NCBI GenBank assembly: GCA_965249575.1
Contig: OZ252244.1
Span: 1,536,001-1,600,000, forward strand
Source: Gemmatimonadales bacterium
Lineage (GTDB): Bacteria; Gemmatimonadota; Gemmatimonadetes; Gemmatimonadales; GWC2-71-9
Direction of reading: 5' to 3'
DNA length: 64,000 nt
In this document: positions 20,985 through 32,615 of the stretch, piece by piece
Layout of the letters: every line of letters starts with the position of its first letter
Position numbering within the stretch: the stretch's first letter is position 1
Translations under genes and position numbers: made by a program
Notes under the pieces: generated by a model
Told to the model about the DNA's origin: nothing
The model's database searches: none
Seen by the model: only the letters and a program-made list of their open reading frames with translations

Positions 20985-22532
20985 TCAGCTCAGTCCGAAC
21001 TCTCGAATCTTGCGATACAGCGTTCGCTCGCCGATGCCCAGACGCTCCGCCGCCCGGCGCCGATTGCCGTTCGTCTCATCGAGCGCCGCCTCGATCGCCG
21101 CTCGCTCCACGTCGGACATCGTCATGCCGCTGCGATACACCACCGGCCGTTCGGATTCCCGTACCGGCTCGGTTTCGGGCTCGCTGCCCTCAGTCCAACT
21201 TTCGGGCGGGATCTCCTCGAACTCGGGCGACTCAGCCTCGCGCCCGACATCGATCACCTCGATGGGCCCTGCGCCCCCGTCCATCCTTCGGCGCAGCTCT
21301 TCGAATTGCAGTTTGAGCTCGACCAGGCTTCGGAAGATGAATTCGAGCTCGTGCCCCTGCATCTGCCCCGCTGCGCCCGACACGCGGACCGGAAGGAGCC
21401 GGGTTCCGCCCTGCCGGACGTCGAGCGGAATGTCCTCGGACGAGACCTTGCGGCCCGGAGCCAAGACCACCATCGACTCGATGAGGTTTCGCAGCTGCCG
21501 GACGTTCCCCGGCCAGTGTGCGTTGACGAGGAGTTGGATGGCGCCCTTCGTGATGCCCGGAAACGGTAGGTTGTGCCGCTCGCTGATTTCCTTCGTGAAC
21601 CGCCGGATGAGTATGGGGATATCGGACTTTCGTTCCCGTAAAGGCGGCAGGTAGATGGTCAGCACGTTGAGCCGGTAGAACAGATCGTCGCGAAAATGGC
21701 CGAGCGCTACCTGTTCCTTCAACGCGCGATTGGTGGCCGCGATGACCCGTACGTCCACCCTGATGGGTTTGGTCCCGCCCACGCGGAAGAACGCCTGATT
21801 CTCGAGAACTCTCAGGAGCTTGACCTGCGTGGCCCGCGGCATCTCGCCGACTTCATCGAGAAAGATCGTGCCACCGTCCGCGAGCTCGAAGCGGCCCAAC
21901 CGGCGTTCGGCGGCTCCCGTGAAGGCACCCTTCTCGTGCCCGAAAAGCTCCGACTCGAGCAGCGACTCCGGCAACGCGGCGCAGTTTACGGCGATGAAGG
22001 ACTTCTCCCGCCGTGGTGAGAGCTGGTGGATGCCTTGGGCGACGAGCTCCTTCCCCGTGCCGGACTCTCCCGAGATGAGCACGGTGCTCGACACTGGGGC
22101 CATCTGCCCTATGCGGACGAGGACTTCCTGAATCGCCGCGCTCTCGCCCACGATGCCCGTCCGCTCCTGCATGCGGCGTCGCTCGATGAGCCGGCCGGCG
22201 GTCGCGATCACCTCGGATGGATCGCTGGGCTTGACCACCCAGGCCGTGAGCCCGAGCTGTCGCGCCTTGAGGGTGGGATCGCTCTCGGTCGGCTCGAGCA
22301 GCCCGAGCACCGATATCGATCGGTCCCGCGCCATGGAAATCAGCTCAGCGGCGGGGCGCTCGTGTACCGAACCCGTGAGCACGACCACGTCTGGGTTGAA
22401 GCGCTTCAGCGCCGCGCCCACGTTGTCGAGCGACGACACCATTTCCGTGACAAAGCTGGCCTCCTCGAACGCCGCGTTGATCCGCACCGCGGCCTCGAGG
22501 TCGTCCATCGTGACGAGGGCACTATCGGTCAT
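20985..22532 (-). CDS. Sigma54-dependent transcriptional activator with degenerate receiver domain
   Basis: GESGTGKE, ESELFGHEKGAFTGA, FLDEVGEM, WPGNVRQL and a C-terminal Fis-type HTH. Confidence 0.93.
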   Translation of the reverse strand: MTDSALVTMDDLEAAVRINAAFEEASFVTEMVSSLDNVGAALKRFNPDVVVLTGSVHERPAAELISMARDRSISVLGLLEPTESDPTLKARQLGLTAWVVKPSDPSEVIATAGRLIERRRMQERTGIVGESAAIQEVLVRIGQMAPVSSTVLISGESGTGKELVAQGIHQLSPRREKSFIAVNCAALPESLLESELFGHEKGAFTGAAERRLGRFELADGGTIFLDEVGEMPRATQVKLLRVLENQAFFRVGGTKPIRVDVRVIAATNRALKEQVALGHFRDDLFYRLNVLTIYLPPLRERKSDIPILIRRFTKEISERHNLPFPGITKGAIQLLVNAHWPGNVRQLRNLIESMVVLAPGRKVSSEDIPLDVRQGGTRLLPVRVSGAAGQMQGHELEFIFRSLVELKLQFEELRRRMDGGAGPIEVIDVGREAESPEFEEIPPESWTEGSEPETEPVRESERPVVYRSGMTMSDVERAAIEAALDETNGNRRRAAERLGIGERTLYRKIREFGLS

Positions 22533-23023
22533 CCGTGGTCCGTTGGCTGCCGGGTGAGGAGCTGCACCGCGTGCTCCAAGATAGGGGCGAGCACGGACAG
22601 CCCGTCCCGCACGCCGGTCGGACTGCCCGGCAGGTTGACGATGAGCGCCGCGCCGCGCGTGCCTGCCACACCTCGCGAGAGGGCGCTGCGGGGTGTCTTC
22701 GCCAGACCGGCCGCCCGGATCGCTTCGGCGATGCCCGGCGCTTCGCGTTCCAGCACCGCGAGCGTGGCCTCAGGTGTAACGTCTCGGCCGCCGAGGCCCG
22801 TGCCTCCCGTGGTCACCAGAACATCGGCGACATCCTCGTCTGCCCAGCGAGTCAAGACACCCGCGATGAGATCGGTCTCGTCTGGGACGACCTCGCGGGC
22901 CGCCACATCGTACCCGAGATCCCGGGACCACGCAGCGATGGCCGCGCCTGAAGTGTCGTCACGCCGCCCGGCAGCGCCCAGGTCCGACACCGTGAGAATG
23001 CCGACACGAATCGGAGGACTCAA
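22529..23023 (-). CDS. Molybdopterin adenylyltransferase (Mog/MoaB family)
   Basis: ILTVSD, DDTSG, TTGGTGLGGRDVTPEAT, LSRGVAG and NLPGSP. Confidence 0.92.
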   Translation of the reverse strand: MSPPIRVGILTVSDLGAAGRRDDTSGAAIAAWSRDLGYDVAAREVVPDETDLIAGVLTRWADEDVADVLVTTGGTGLGGRDVTPEATLAVLEREAPGIAEAIRAAGLAKTPRSALSRGVAGTRGAALIVNLPGSPTGVRDGLSVLAPILEHAVQLLTRQPTDHG

Positions 23024-23035
23024 CGCTCGATCCCG

Positions 23036-24148
23036 TTATCCGGGTCCCGCTGTCCCGCGAGTGTAGAAGGGCAGTTTGACCACGTCAGCCGGAACTCGTT
23101 TCCCCCGGTAGCCGATCTCGATACGCGTTCCGGGAGCAGTCGAATGTGTAGGGAGGTAAGTCGTCCCGATGGCCTGTTTCAGTGTCGGGCTGAAGCCTCC
23201 GCTCCGCACCACGTCCACCGCGCGCCCGCCCAAAAAGACTTCGTACCCCTGGCGCGGTATTGCGCCCCGCTCCGGACACGTGAACCCAACGAGCCGCCTG
23301 CCAGGGCCTTTTGGCTTGAGCGCCTCGAGGGCCGCGCGCCCAACGAATGGCGCCCCCTTGGTCAGCTTCACAATCCAGCCCAGGCCCGCCTCGTACGGGG
23401 TGACCGTCTCGTCCATATCGTTACCATAGAGCCGCATACCGGCCTCCAGGCGGAGAGAGTCTCGAGCCCCGAGCCCGATCGGCGCCGCGCGCCCATGACC
23501 CACCAGCGCGTGCCACATGACTTCAGCGTGCGCTATCCGGAAGTACAACTCGAAGCCGTCTTCACCGGTGTAGCCCGTCCTGGAGACGAAGCACTCGACG
23601 CCGGCCACCTGCCCCGTCGCGAAGTGGTAATACGGGATCTCGGCCAGAACCACGCGAGTGAGCGACTGCACCAGCGCCTCGCTCATCGGGCCTTGCACGG
23701 CGAGGAGCGCGTCGTCGTCGGTGATGTTTCGCACTCGGATGTTGGCCGACCCCTTGCGCGTGACGATGTGTTTCCAATCCTTCTCGGTGTTGGCGGCGTT
23801 CACGACCATCATGATGCGGTCGTCGAAGCGATAGACCAGACAATCGTCGAGAAAGGTGCCCTCGGGGGTGAGCATGGCGGAATACTGGGCCTGCCCCTCG
23901 GACAGCGCTCCCACATCGTTGCACGTGATGCGATTGACGAACGCGTTCCGGTCGGGCCCGCTGATCTCGAACTCGCCCATGTGGGACACGTCGAACACCC
24001 CCACGGCGGTTCGGACGATCTCGTGCTCCCGCGTAATACCGGTCGGGTACTGCACCGGCATCTCGTATCCGGCAAACGGCACGAGTTTTCCATCTGCGGC
24101 TACGTGCAGGTCGTAAAACGGCGTTCGCTTCAATGCTCGCCCGTCCAT
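23036..24148 (-). CDS. gcvT: Glycine cleavage system aminomethyltransferase
   Basis: RTPFY..H, FAGYEMPVQY, FDVSHMGE, SRTGYTGEDGFE and GLGARDSLRLEAG. Confidence 0.96.
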   Translation of the reverse strand: MDGRALKRTPFYDLHVAADGKLVPFAGYEMPVQYPTGITREHEIVRTAVGVFDVSHMGEFEISGPDRNAFVNRITCNDVGALSEGQAQYSAMLTPEGTFLDDCLVYRFDDRIMMVVNAANTEKDWKHIVTRKGSANIRVRNITDDDALLAVQGPMSEALVQSLTRVVLAEIPYYHFATGQVAGVECFVSRTGYTGEDGFELYFRIAHAEVMWHALVGHGRAAPIGLGARDSLRLEAGMRLYGNDMDETVTPYEAGLGWIVKLTKGAPFVGRAALEALKPKGPGRRLVGFTCPERGAIPRQGYEVFLGGRAVDVVRSGGFSPTLKQAIGTTYLPTHSTAPGTRIEIGYRGKRVPADVVKLPFYTRGTAGPG

Positions 24149-24158
24149 GATGTGTTGC

Positions 24159-25058
24159 TCACCCCATCAGTGTGGCCATCAAGGCCTTTTGTACGTGCAG
24201 CCGGTTTTCCGCCTGATCCAGCACCCGGGACCAAGGTCCCTCGATGACCTCATCGGCGACCTCCTCGCCACGGTGCGCCGGCAGACAATGCAGAAAGATG
24301 GCGCCGGCCGCCGCGGTCTTCATGAGATCGTCATTGACGAAGTAGCCGGCGAACGCCCGCCGACGAGCTTCGACTTCCTGCTCCTGACCCATTGATGCCC
24401 ACACATCGGTATTGATGACGTGAGCCCCTTCGACCACTTCTTGTGGATCGCGGCTCACGCGAACGACCGTGCGCGCTCCCGCCCGATCGAGCATTTCGGG
24501 ATCGGGATCGTACCCCTTGGGACAGGCGATCCGGAGCTCGAACCCCAAGACGCCCGCTGCGTTCAACCAGGAGTTCGCCATGTTGTTGCCATCGCCCACC
24601 CAGGCGATGGTCTTGCCTTCCCAGCCGCCGAGCGACTCCCGAATCGTGAGCAGGTCGGCGAGAACCTGACACGGATGGAGTAGGTCCGTCAGCCCGTTGA
24701 TGACGGGCACCGCTGCCCACCGTGCCAGCTCGACGACCTCCGCATGGCTGAACGTGCGGATCATGATGCCGTCCACGTAGCGCGACAAAACTCGCGCTGT
24801 ATCCTTGATCGGCTCCCCCCGCCCGAGCTGGATGTCCCGCGACGAGAGAAACAGGGCGTGCCCGCCAAGTTGATAGCAGCCGACCTCGAACGACACCCGG
24901 GTCCTGGTACTGCTCTTGGCAAACACCATGGCGAGCGTCTTTCCACCAAGCGGCTCGCGCGCATAGCGACCCGCTTTCATTCGACCCGCAAGCTCAAGCA
25001 AATCAGCAACTTCCAATGCAGATAGATCAGCGAGGCTCAGAAAATCGCGCTTCGTCAT
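24159..25058 (-). CDS. argF: Ornithine carbamoyltransferase
   Basis: KSSTRTRVSFE, HPCQ, GDGNN, TDVWASMG, HCLP and QAENRLH. Confidence 0.96.
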   Translation of the reverse strand: MTKRDFLSLADLSALEVADLLELAGRMKAGRYAREPLGGKTLAMVFAKSSTRTRVSFEVGCYQLGGHALFLSSRDIQLGRGEPIKDTARVLSRYVDGIMIRTFSHAEVVELARWAAVPVINGLTDLLHPCQVLADLLTIRESLGGWEGKTIAWVGDGNNMANSWLNAAGVLGFELRIACPKGYDPDPEMLDRAGARTVVRVSRDPQEVVEGAHVINTDVWASMGQEQEVEARRRAFAGYFVNDDLMKTAAAGAIFLHCLPAHRGEEVADEVIEGPWSRVLDQAENRLHVQKALMATLMG

Positions 25059-25099
25059 GCAGCACCCTTAATATGTCAAAATGACAGGCCGATGGCGGG

Positions 25100-25128
25100 A
25101 TTCTACTTGGACGGTACTCGTAAGTAAA
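25100..25128 (-). promoter_or_regulatory. Putative sigma70 promoter of argF
   Basis: TTTACT-N17-TAGAAT on the minus strand, ~40 bp upstream of the ATG. Confidence 0.5.
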
Positions 25129-25206
25129 GCGGGCTATCGGGTGTAAAAGGATGATCCAGGGCTTTGGATGGGACTGGGCCACCGGCCCCCGGTCGGGGCC
25201 CGAGAA

Positions 25207-26724
<1,518 letters not shown>

Positions 26725-26750
26725 GTCTCAGTCGTCTCGGCGCTACGGCC

Positions 26751-27314
26751 CTACAGCTCCAGCACCGTCAGGTTGTGGTTAGTGAAAACACAGATCTCGG
26801 CGGCGATACCCAGGCTTCGCTCGACGATGTCTCGCGCCGACAGCTCGGAGTTCACCCTGAGCGCACGGGCGGCCGCGAGCGCGTAATTCCCTCCGCTCCC
26901 GATCGCGACGATTCCGTCGTCAGGCTCTATCAACTCGCCGCTCCCGCTGATCACAAAGCCGTGCTCCTGGTTGGCGACGGCGAGCAGTGCCTCGAGCCGC
27001 CGCAAGACGCGGTCGCTGCGCCAGTCCTTGGCCAGCTCGACCGCCGCGCGGCTCAGATTCCCTGGATACCGCTCGACTTTTTCCTCGAATTTCTCGAAGA
27101 GCGTAAGGGCGTCGGCGGCCGCGCCAGCGAACCCAGCGAGCACGGTTTTCGACGCAAGCGCTCGAACCTTGGTTGCGTGCGACTTCATGATCGTCTCGCC
27201 CACGCTCACCTGGCCGTCACCGCCCATCGCAACCTTGCCATCCTTGCGCACCGCCAGAATCGTCGTGGAGTGGACCTGGTGCCTCACGCTCGCGCCTCCA
27301 ATCGGTCGCGTCAT
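26751..27314 (-). CDS. hslV: ATP-dependent protease peptidase subunit
   Basis: TTILAVR, GDGQV, GFAG..ADA, LRRLEA and IGSGGNYA. Confidence 0.97.
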   Translation of the reverse strand: MTRPIGGASVRHQVHSTTILAVRKDGKVAMGGDGQVSVGETIMKSHATKVRALASKTVLAGFAGAAADALTLFEKFEEKVERYPGNLSRAAVELAKDWRSDRVLRRLEALLAVANQEHGFVISGSGELIEPDDGIVAIGSGGNYALAAARALRVNSELSARDIVERSLGIAAEICVFTNHNLTVLEL

Positions 27315-28270
27315 GCCCTGGGATGAGCCTGTTGATACACCTTCTTGAGCCGCTTCACGCTCGTGTGCGTATACACTTGCGTCGTGCTGAGCGATGCGTG
27401 GCCCAAAAGCTCCTGAACTGCCCGTAGGTCTGCACCGGCGTCGAGCATGTGGGTCGCGAAGCTATGGCGCAAGCTGTGAACGCTGAGGGTCCCACCGGGC
27501 TCCACAAGACGCAGGAGCCGCTGCACGACGTACTGAATGCCTCTCGGCGACAGACGGTGGGCCCGGGCCGTCAGGAACACCGCTTTTCGGTCCACACCAC
27601 GCGCAGCGCTTCCCGCTAGGAGCTCCTCACGAACGACGTGGTAGCGGCGGAGGGCGCGCGTCGCGTGGTCTCCAATCGGCAGAATGCGTTCCTTTCGTCC
27701 CTTGCCGAGGACCTTCACTTGTTCGGACACCAGATCAACGTCGCCCAAGTTGAGCCCCGCCAATTCGCTCAGCCGCATGCCTGTTGAATAAAATAGCTCG
27801 ACGAGCGCTAGGTCCCGTAGTGCTCGGAAGGTTCCGCTCGTGGCCATCTGCTCCGCCAGTTGAAACAAGAGCTCGACCTGCTGCGTGTCGAGGAACCCCG
27901 GGAGCCCGCGTGGGGCCTTCGGCGTGCGCACACTCGCTGCGGGATTCACGCTCAGGTCGTACCGCGCACACAGGAATCGGTAGAAACTCCGGACGGCCGA
28001 CACCGCCCGCCCCACCGATCGCTTCCCAAGTCCCCCGCGCGCCAGGTCACCCATGAAGCCCCTGAGCGCCGCCCGATCGACCTTGGACCAACGCCAGCTC
28101 TTGGGACTCCCAAAGTGGCCGTCGCAGTACGCCTGAAACGCCGCGAGGTCCCGCCCATACGCCTTCACGGTGTGGGGTGAGTCGTTGCGCTCGTTCGTCA
28201 AGAAAGACAGAAACTCCATGACCTCCGGTCGCAATCGCCCTAGACCGCCCCCATTCGCGCGAGTGTTCAT
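27311..28270 (-). CDS. xerC: Tyrosine recombinase XerC
   Basis: [43 protein letters not shown]; sits in the conserved topA-trmFO-xerC-hslVU order. Confidence 0.9.
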   Translation of the reverse strand: MNTRANGGGLGRLRPEVMEFLSFLTNERNDSPHTVKAYGRDLAAFQAYCDGHFGSPKSWRWSKVDRAALRGFMGDLARGGLGKRSVGRAVSAVRSFYRFLCARYDLSVNPAASVRTPKAPRGLPGFLDTQQVELLFQLAEQMATSGTFRALRDLALVELFYSTGMRLSELAGLNLGDVDLVSEQVKVLGKGRKERILPIGDHATRALRRYHVVREELLAGSAARGVDRKAVFLTARAHRLSPRGIQYVVQRLLRLVEPGGTLSVHSLRHSFATHMLDAGADLRAVQELLGHASLSTTQVYTHTSVKRLKKVYQQAHPRA

Positions 28271-29583
28271 GATGTCGGGACGGCCGAGGCCTCGGGCGCG
28301 AACTCTCGCATGGCGCCGAGGGCCCGCTCGGCAAGCAACTCCCGTTTGCGCCGCTTGTCGCGGACCCTTTCGGACAGCTCGGGCAGCAAGCCGAAGTTCG
28401 CATTCATGGGCTGGAAGTGTCCTGGGTCGGCCTCGTGCACGTACCGCAGCAGCCCCCCGAGCATGGTTTCGGGAGGAGGCGCTAGTGGAGCGGCTCCGTA
28501 CATCAGCCGGCTCAGATTCAGACCTGCCAAGAGCCCAGTTGCCAGCGACTCGGTGTACCCCTCCACGCCCACGAGCTGGCCGGCGAATAGGAGCTGCGGG
28601 TCATCGGGAACCGAGAGGTGCGTGGTCAGTGCGGCGGGGGCATTGACATAGGTATTTCGGTGAACGCACCCGAAGCGGAAGAACTCAGCGCTGGCGAGCC
28701 CCGGAATCGAGGTGAACACGCGCTTCTGTTCCGCGATCCGCAGGCGTGTTTGAAAGCCGACGAGGTTCCACATTTGCCCCGCGCGGTCCTCCTGGCGTAG
28801 CTGCACGACTGCGTGTGGTTCCCTTCCGGTTCGCGGGTCCGGAAGGCCGACAGGCTTGAGCGGTCCGAAGCGGAGCGTTTCGCGGCCTCGCCGTGCCATC
28901 TCCTCGACGGGCAGGCAACCCTCGAAGTACGGGACCTCGTCGAAATCGTGTGCCGTGTGCTGGTCTCCCGATATCAGCGCGTCGACAAACGCCTCGTATT
29001 CCGGCATCGTCAAGGGGGCGTTCAGGTAATCGTCTCCGTCTCCCTTTCCATAGCGGGATAGCCGATACAGCTTCCCGATCTCGAGGGAGTCGCGGCTGAC
29101 GATGGGCGCGATCGCGTCGTAGAAGGCCAGCGATTTCACGCCGAGCCGCGCAGCAATGGCCCGGGCCAGGCGGTCGGACGTGAGTGGCCCGGTGGCCACG
29201 ATACCGGGTGACGGCAGTTCCGTGACCTCTTCGCGGACCAGCTCGATCCGCGGATGGGCCACGATGCGCCGAGTGACCTCGGCCGCGAAGAGGTTTCGGT
29301 CGACGGCAAGCGCCGATCCCCCCGGAACGCGGACCCCATTGGCAACGTCCAACAGGAGGCTGCCAAGCTCCCGGAGCTCGGCCTTGAGCAGCCCGTGTGC
29401 ATTCGCAAGGTCAGTCGACTTGAAGGTGTTGGAACAGACGATCTCAGCGAGGGAGTCCGTTTGGTGTGCTGGAGTCCGTACAAGCGGACGCATCTCATGC
29501 AGGGCTACCCGAACGCCGCGATTGGCCAGCGCCCACGCCGCCTCGCAACCGGCGAGGCCGCCTCCGACGACCGTGGCGATCAC
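28267..29583 (-). CDS. trmFO: Methylenetetrahydrofolate-tRNA-(uracil-54) methyltransferase
   Basis: VVGGGLAGCEAAW, EIVCSN, FYDAIAP, FEGCLPVE, NLVGFQT and GVEGY. GTGA overlap with the topA stop. Confidence 0.96.
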   Translation of the reverse strand: MIATVVGGGLAGCEAAWALANRGVRVALHEMRPLVRTPAHQTDSLAEIVCSNTFKSTDLANAHGLLKAELRELGSLLLDVANGVRVPGGSALAVDRNLFAAEVTRRIVAHPRIELVREEVTELPSPGIVATGPLTSDRLARAIAARLGVKSLAFYDAIAPIVSRDSLEIGKLYRLSRYGKGDGDDYLNAPLTMPEYEAFVDALISGDQHTAHDFDEVPYFEGCLPVEEMARRGRETLRFGPLKPVGLPDPRTGREPHAVVQLRQEDRAGQMWNLVGFQTRLRIAEQKRVFTSIPGLASAEFFRFGCVHRNTYVNAPAALTTHLSVPDDPQLLFAGQLVGVEGYTESLATGLLAGLNLSRLMYGAAPLAPPPETMLGGLLRYVHEADPGHFQPMNANFGLLPELSERVRDKRRKRELLAERALGAMREFAPEASAVPTS

Positions 29584-31850
29584 GTTCCCGCCGTCGCCGC
29601 GGCCTCCTCCGCAACGTCGTATTCCGTCTCGCACCAAAGGCACCGGCGGTAATCGCCCCGCGCCTTGGTGAACCGCTTCTCGACACCAATCTTACGGCAA
29701 TCCCGGCACGCCTCGGGAAGCGGCCGGTGCCACGTCGAGAAATCGCAGTCGGGATAGGTCGAGCAGCCGAAGAAGACCCGCCCACCCTTCCGCGTGCGAC
29801 GCTCCGCGAGGTCGCCATCCTTGCATTTCGGGCACTTCACACCGAGCGGAATGGGACGCGTGTGCTTGCATTTTGGATAGGCAGTGCAGGCCAGGAACTC
29901 ACCGTACCGACCGGTCTTGACGACCATGGGCGATTTACACTCTCGGCACTTCTCTTTCGTCGGCCGATCGGGGACTTTGTCCCGCTTGAGTGGCTTGGTG
30001 TACTTGCATTCGGGATACGTCGTGCACGCGATGAAAGGACCGAACCGCCCGCTCCGAACGCCCAGCTTTCCTCCGCACTTTGGACAGGCCTGTTGCTCGA
30101 GGTCGCCGACATCGTGCGCTTCGCGAATCATCGCATCGGTATCGATGCTGTCCAGCGCTTTGGAGAATGGGCCGTAGAAGTCCTCGAGCACCCGCTGCCA
30201 GCCCAACTCGCCCTCTTCGACCTTGTCGAGCTCACTTTCCATCCCGGAAGTGAACTCCACGTTGAAGATGTCCGGGAAGCGACTCACCATGACCTTCGCG
30301 ACTGTCTCCCCGAGGGATGTCGGGAAGAAGCGCCGCTCCTTGAGCTCCACGTAGTGACGGGCCCGCAGGGTCGAGACGATGGAGCTGTAGGTGCTTGGGC
30401 GGCCGATGCCCAGGCGTTCCAGCTCTTTCACCAAGCTCGCCTCGCTGAACCGTGGGGGTGGTTCGGTGAAGTGCTGGCTGGGTTCGATCTTCGATACTTT
30501 GACCTCCGCGCCGACCTCGAGCGCCGGGACCGGAGGCAAATCGTCGAGCGTCTTTCCCTCCCCCGCCTCCCGGGCCTCCGCGTACAGCACGTGGTATCCA
30601 TCGAACACTACAATCGACCCGGTGGCCCGGAACAAGTGTTTCCCCAGTTTGAAGTCCACCGCTGTCGTATCGTAGACCGCCGGCGCCATCTGCGACGCAA
30701 CGAATCGCTGCCAGATGAGCTGGTAGAGCTTGAACTGGTCTGCCGTCAAGACCTTCTTCAACTCCTGCGGCCGCCGCGTTACGTCAGCCGGGCGGACGGC
30801 TTCGTGCGCGTCTTGGGTGCGCACGCCCTTCTTGGCCGTGTAAACGTTCGGCTTCTCGGGCAGGTAGGCCTTCTGGTACTGCTTGCGAATCAATTCCCGG
30901 ACTGCCTCGATCGCCGTGGGCGCCACCCGTGTCGAGTCGGTACGCATGTAGGTGATCAACCCCACGGCCCCTTCCTCCCCCAACTCGATCCCCTCGTAGA
31001 GGTCCTGCGCCGCCCGCATCGTGCGGCGAGAGGAGAACCCCAGGAGCTTGGCGGCCTCCTGCTGCAGCGTGCTGGTGGTAAAGGGCGCCCGCGGCCGCTT
31101 GCGCCGCTGCTTGCGCGTAACGTCGGATACGATGAACGGTTTGCCCTTGACGGCCTTCACGACGGCCTTGGCGTCGCGCTCGTTGTGCAACTCCGGCTTC
31201 TTGCCATCGATCTTGTGCAGCTTCGCGACGAACTCGGTTTTCTCGGCCTCGCATTGAGCCTCTATCGTCCAGTACTCCTGAGGCTTGAAGGCACGGACGT
31301 CCGCCTCGCGCTCCACGATCAGGCGGAGTGCGACCGTCTGAACCCGGCCAGCGGATAGCCCGGTCTTGACCGATTTCCACAGTAACGGGCTCGCCTTGTA
31401 TCCAACGAGGCGATCCAGAATGCGGCGGGCCTGCTGGGCCTCGACCTTGCGATCGTCGATGCTGCCCGGATTGGACATGGCCAGTTGGACGCCGTCCTTG
31501 GTTATCTCACGTAACAGGACCCGGCGCATCCGCTCGCCGTTGCCGACATACTGAGCCACGTGCCACGCGATGGCCTCGCCCTCCCGATCGGGGTCAGTCG
31601 CGAGGAACACCTCCGAGGAGGTTTTGGCGGCGCGTTTGAGCTCTCCAAGCGCCTTGCCCTTGCCGCGAATCGTTATGTACTTCGGGGCGAATCCCTTTTC
31701 GATGTCCACGCCAAGCTCCCGCTGGGGCAGATCCCGCACGTGCCCCACCGTCGCCTTGACGGTGTAACCCGCCCCCAGGTATCGCCCGATGGTCCTCGCC
31801 TTCGCGGGCGATTCCACTACGACCAACGCATTCCTCCGCTTCGCCATCAT
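29580..31850 (-). CDS. topA: DNA topoisomerase I
   Basis: VVESPAKA, ATDPDREGEAI, SAGRVQ, ITYMRTDS and C-terminal zinc ribbons. Confidence 0.97.
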   Translation of the reverse strand: MMAKRRNALVVVESPAKARTIGRYLGAGYTVKATVGHVRDLPQRELGVDIEKGFAPKYITIRGKGKALGELKRAAKTSSEVFLATDPDREGEAIAWHVAQYVGNGERMRRVLLREITKDGVQLAMSNPGSIDDRKVEAQQARRILDRLVGYKASPLLWKSVKTGLSAGRVQTVALRLIVEREADVRAFKPQEYWTIEAQCEAEKTEFVAKLHKIDGKKPELHNERDAKAVVKAVKGKPFIVSDVTRKQRRKRPRAPFTTSTLQQEAAKLLGFSSRRTMRAAQDLYEGIELGEEGAVGLITYMRTDSTRVAPTAIEAVRELIRKQYQKAYLPEKPNVYTAKKGVRTQDAHEAVRPADVTRRPQELKKVLTADQFKLYQLIWQRFVASQMAPAVYDTTAVDFKLGKHLFRATGSIVVFDGYHVLYAEAREAGEGKTLDDLPPVPALEVGAEVKVSKIEPSQHFTEPPPRFSEASLVKELERLGIGRPSTYSSIVSTLRARHYVELKERRFFPTSLGETVAKVMVSRFPDIFNVEFTSGMESELDKVEEGELGWQRVLEDFYGPFSKALDSIDTDAMIREAHDVGDLEQQACPKCGGKLGVRSGRFGPFIACTTYPECKYTKPLKRDKVPDRPTKEKCRECKSPMVVKTGRYGEFLACTAYPKCKHTRPIPLGVKCPKCKDGDLAERRTRKGGRVFFGCSTYPDCDFSTWHRPLPEACRDCRKIGVEKRFTKARGDYRRCLWCETEYDVAEEAAATAGT

Positions 31851-32099
31851 ACTCCTTTACTCGCCAGACCCGATCGCCGAATCGGGTCGAGTTCCTTCAT
31901 TTACTGTATATGCCTGGTGGCCGCCGTCTCGCTGCCACTCCACACTCAACGATCGGTCAACGGGGCCTACCACGCATAACGCCCCTGGGTTCCCGGTTCC
32001 CAGCCTGCACCACCGTGTGCGACACCCATAAATGATTGTAACACAACATCTTATGGCGCCTCAAACGCGGCTGGGACTCCCCTCCGGGGGCGCGCATTA

Positions 32100-32615
32100 T
32101 TACCACCCCGCTTGGGATCGCGCAAGCCGGACCACGTCGCCAGCCACTTCAGCGGCGGTGCGCCCAGCCGTTCCGACGGTACCGTGGCACCGCCGATAGA
32201 ACGGCTCTCGAATGCGCAGCAACGCCTTCATCCGCTCTAACGGCTCGTCCAGCAGCAGCGGCCGATTGGCCTCAGCCGCGGTCCTCTCCACCGCGGTAAC
32301 CGGATCTGTTTCCAGGAAGATGGCGAACGTCGAGCGAAGCGCACGCTCGAGGTTGTCGCGGTGGGCCGCCCACCCGCCGCCAGGCGCGACCACGCCAGGG
32401 TCACGCTCGACGGCGCGCTCAACCTCGCCGCTTTCCCATTCCCGAAACGCGGCCTCTCCCCGGCGGTCGAATATCTCCACTATTGGCATCCCCGCCCGGC
32501 GCTCAACCTCCGCATCGATATCGACGAACGGACACCCGAGCGCGTGCGCCGCCAGGCGCCCGACGGTGGTCTTGCCGGAGCCGGGCAGACCGATGAGGAG
32601 AACGTGCCGTTTCAC
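32100..32615 (-). CDS. aroK: Shikimate kinase
   Basis: GLPGSGKTTVG, GEAAFR..E, GGG and RPLL. Confidence 0.93.
   Translation of the reverse strand: MKRHVLLIGLPGSGKTTVGRLAAHALGCPFVDIDAEVERRAGMPIVEIFDRRGEAAFREWESGEVERAVERDPGVVAPGGGWAAHRDNLERALRSTFAIFLETDPVTAVERTAAEANRPLLLDEPLERMKALLRIREPFYRRCHGTVGTAGRTAAEVAGDVVRLARSQAGW

Noticed and set aside
27311..28270. Tyrosine recombinase as an integrase of a mobile element
   Set aside because: It sits in the conserved topA-trmFO-xerC-hslVU housekeeping order with overlapping stop/start codons, and no att sites or cargo are visible.
29466..31358. Long antisense ORFs (for example 630 aa opposite topA, 491 aa opposite pilB)
   Set aside because: These are typical shadow ORFs of high-GC coding strands, with no recognisable motifs.
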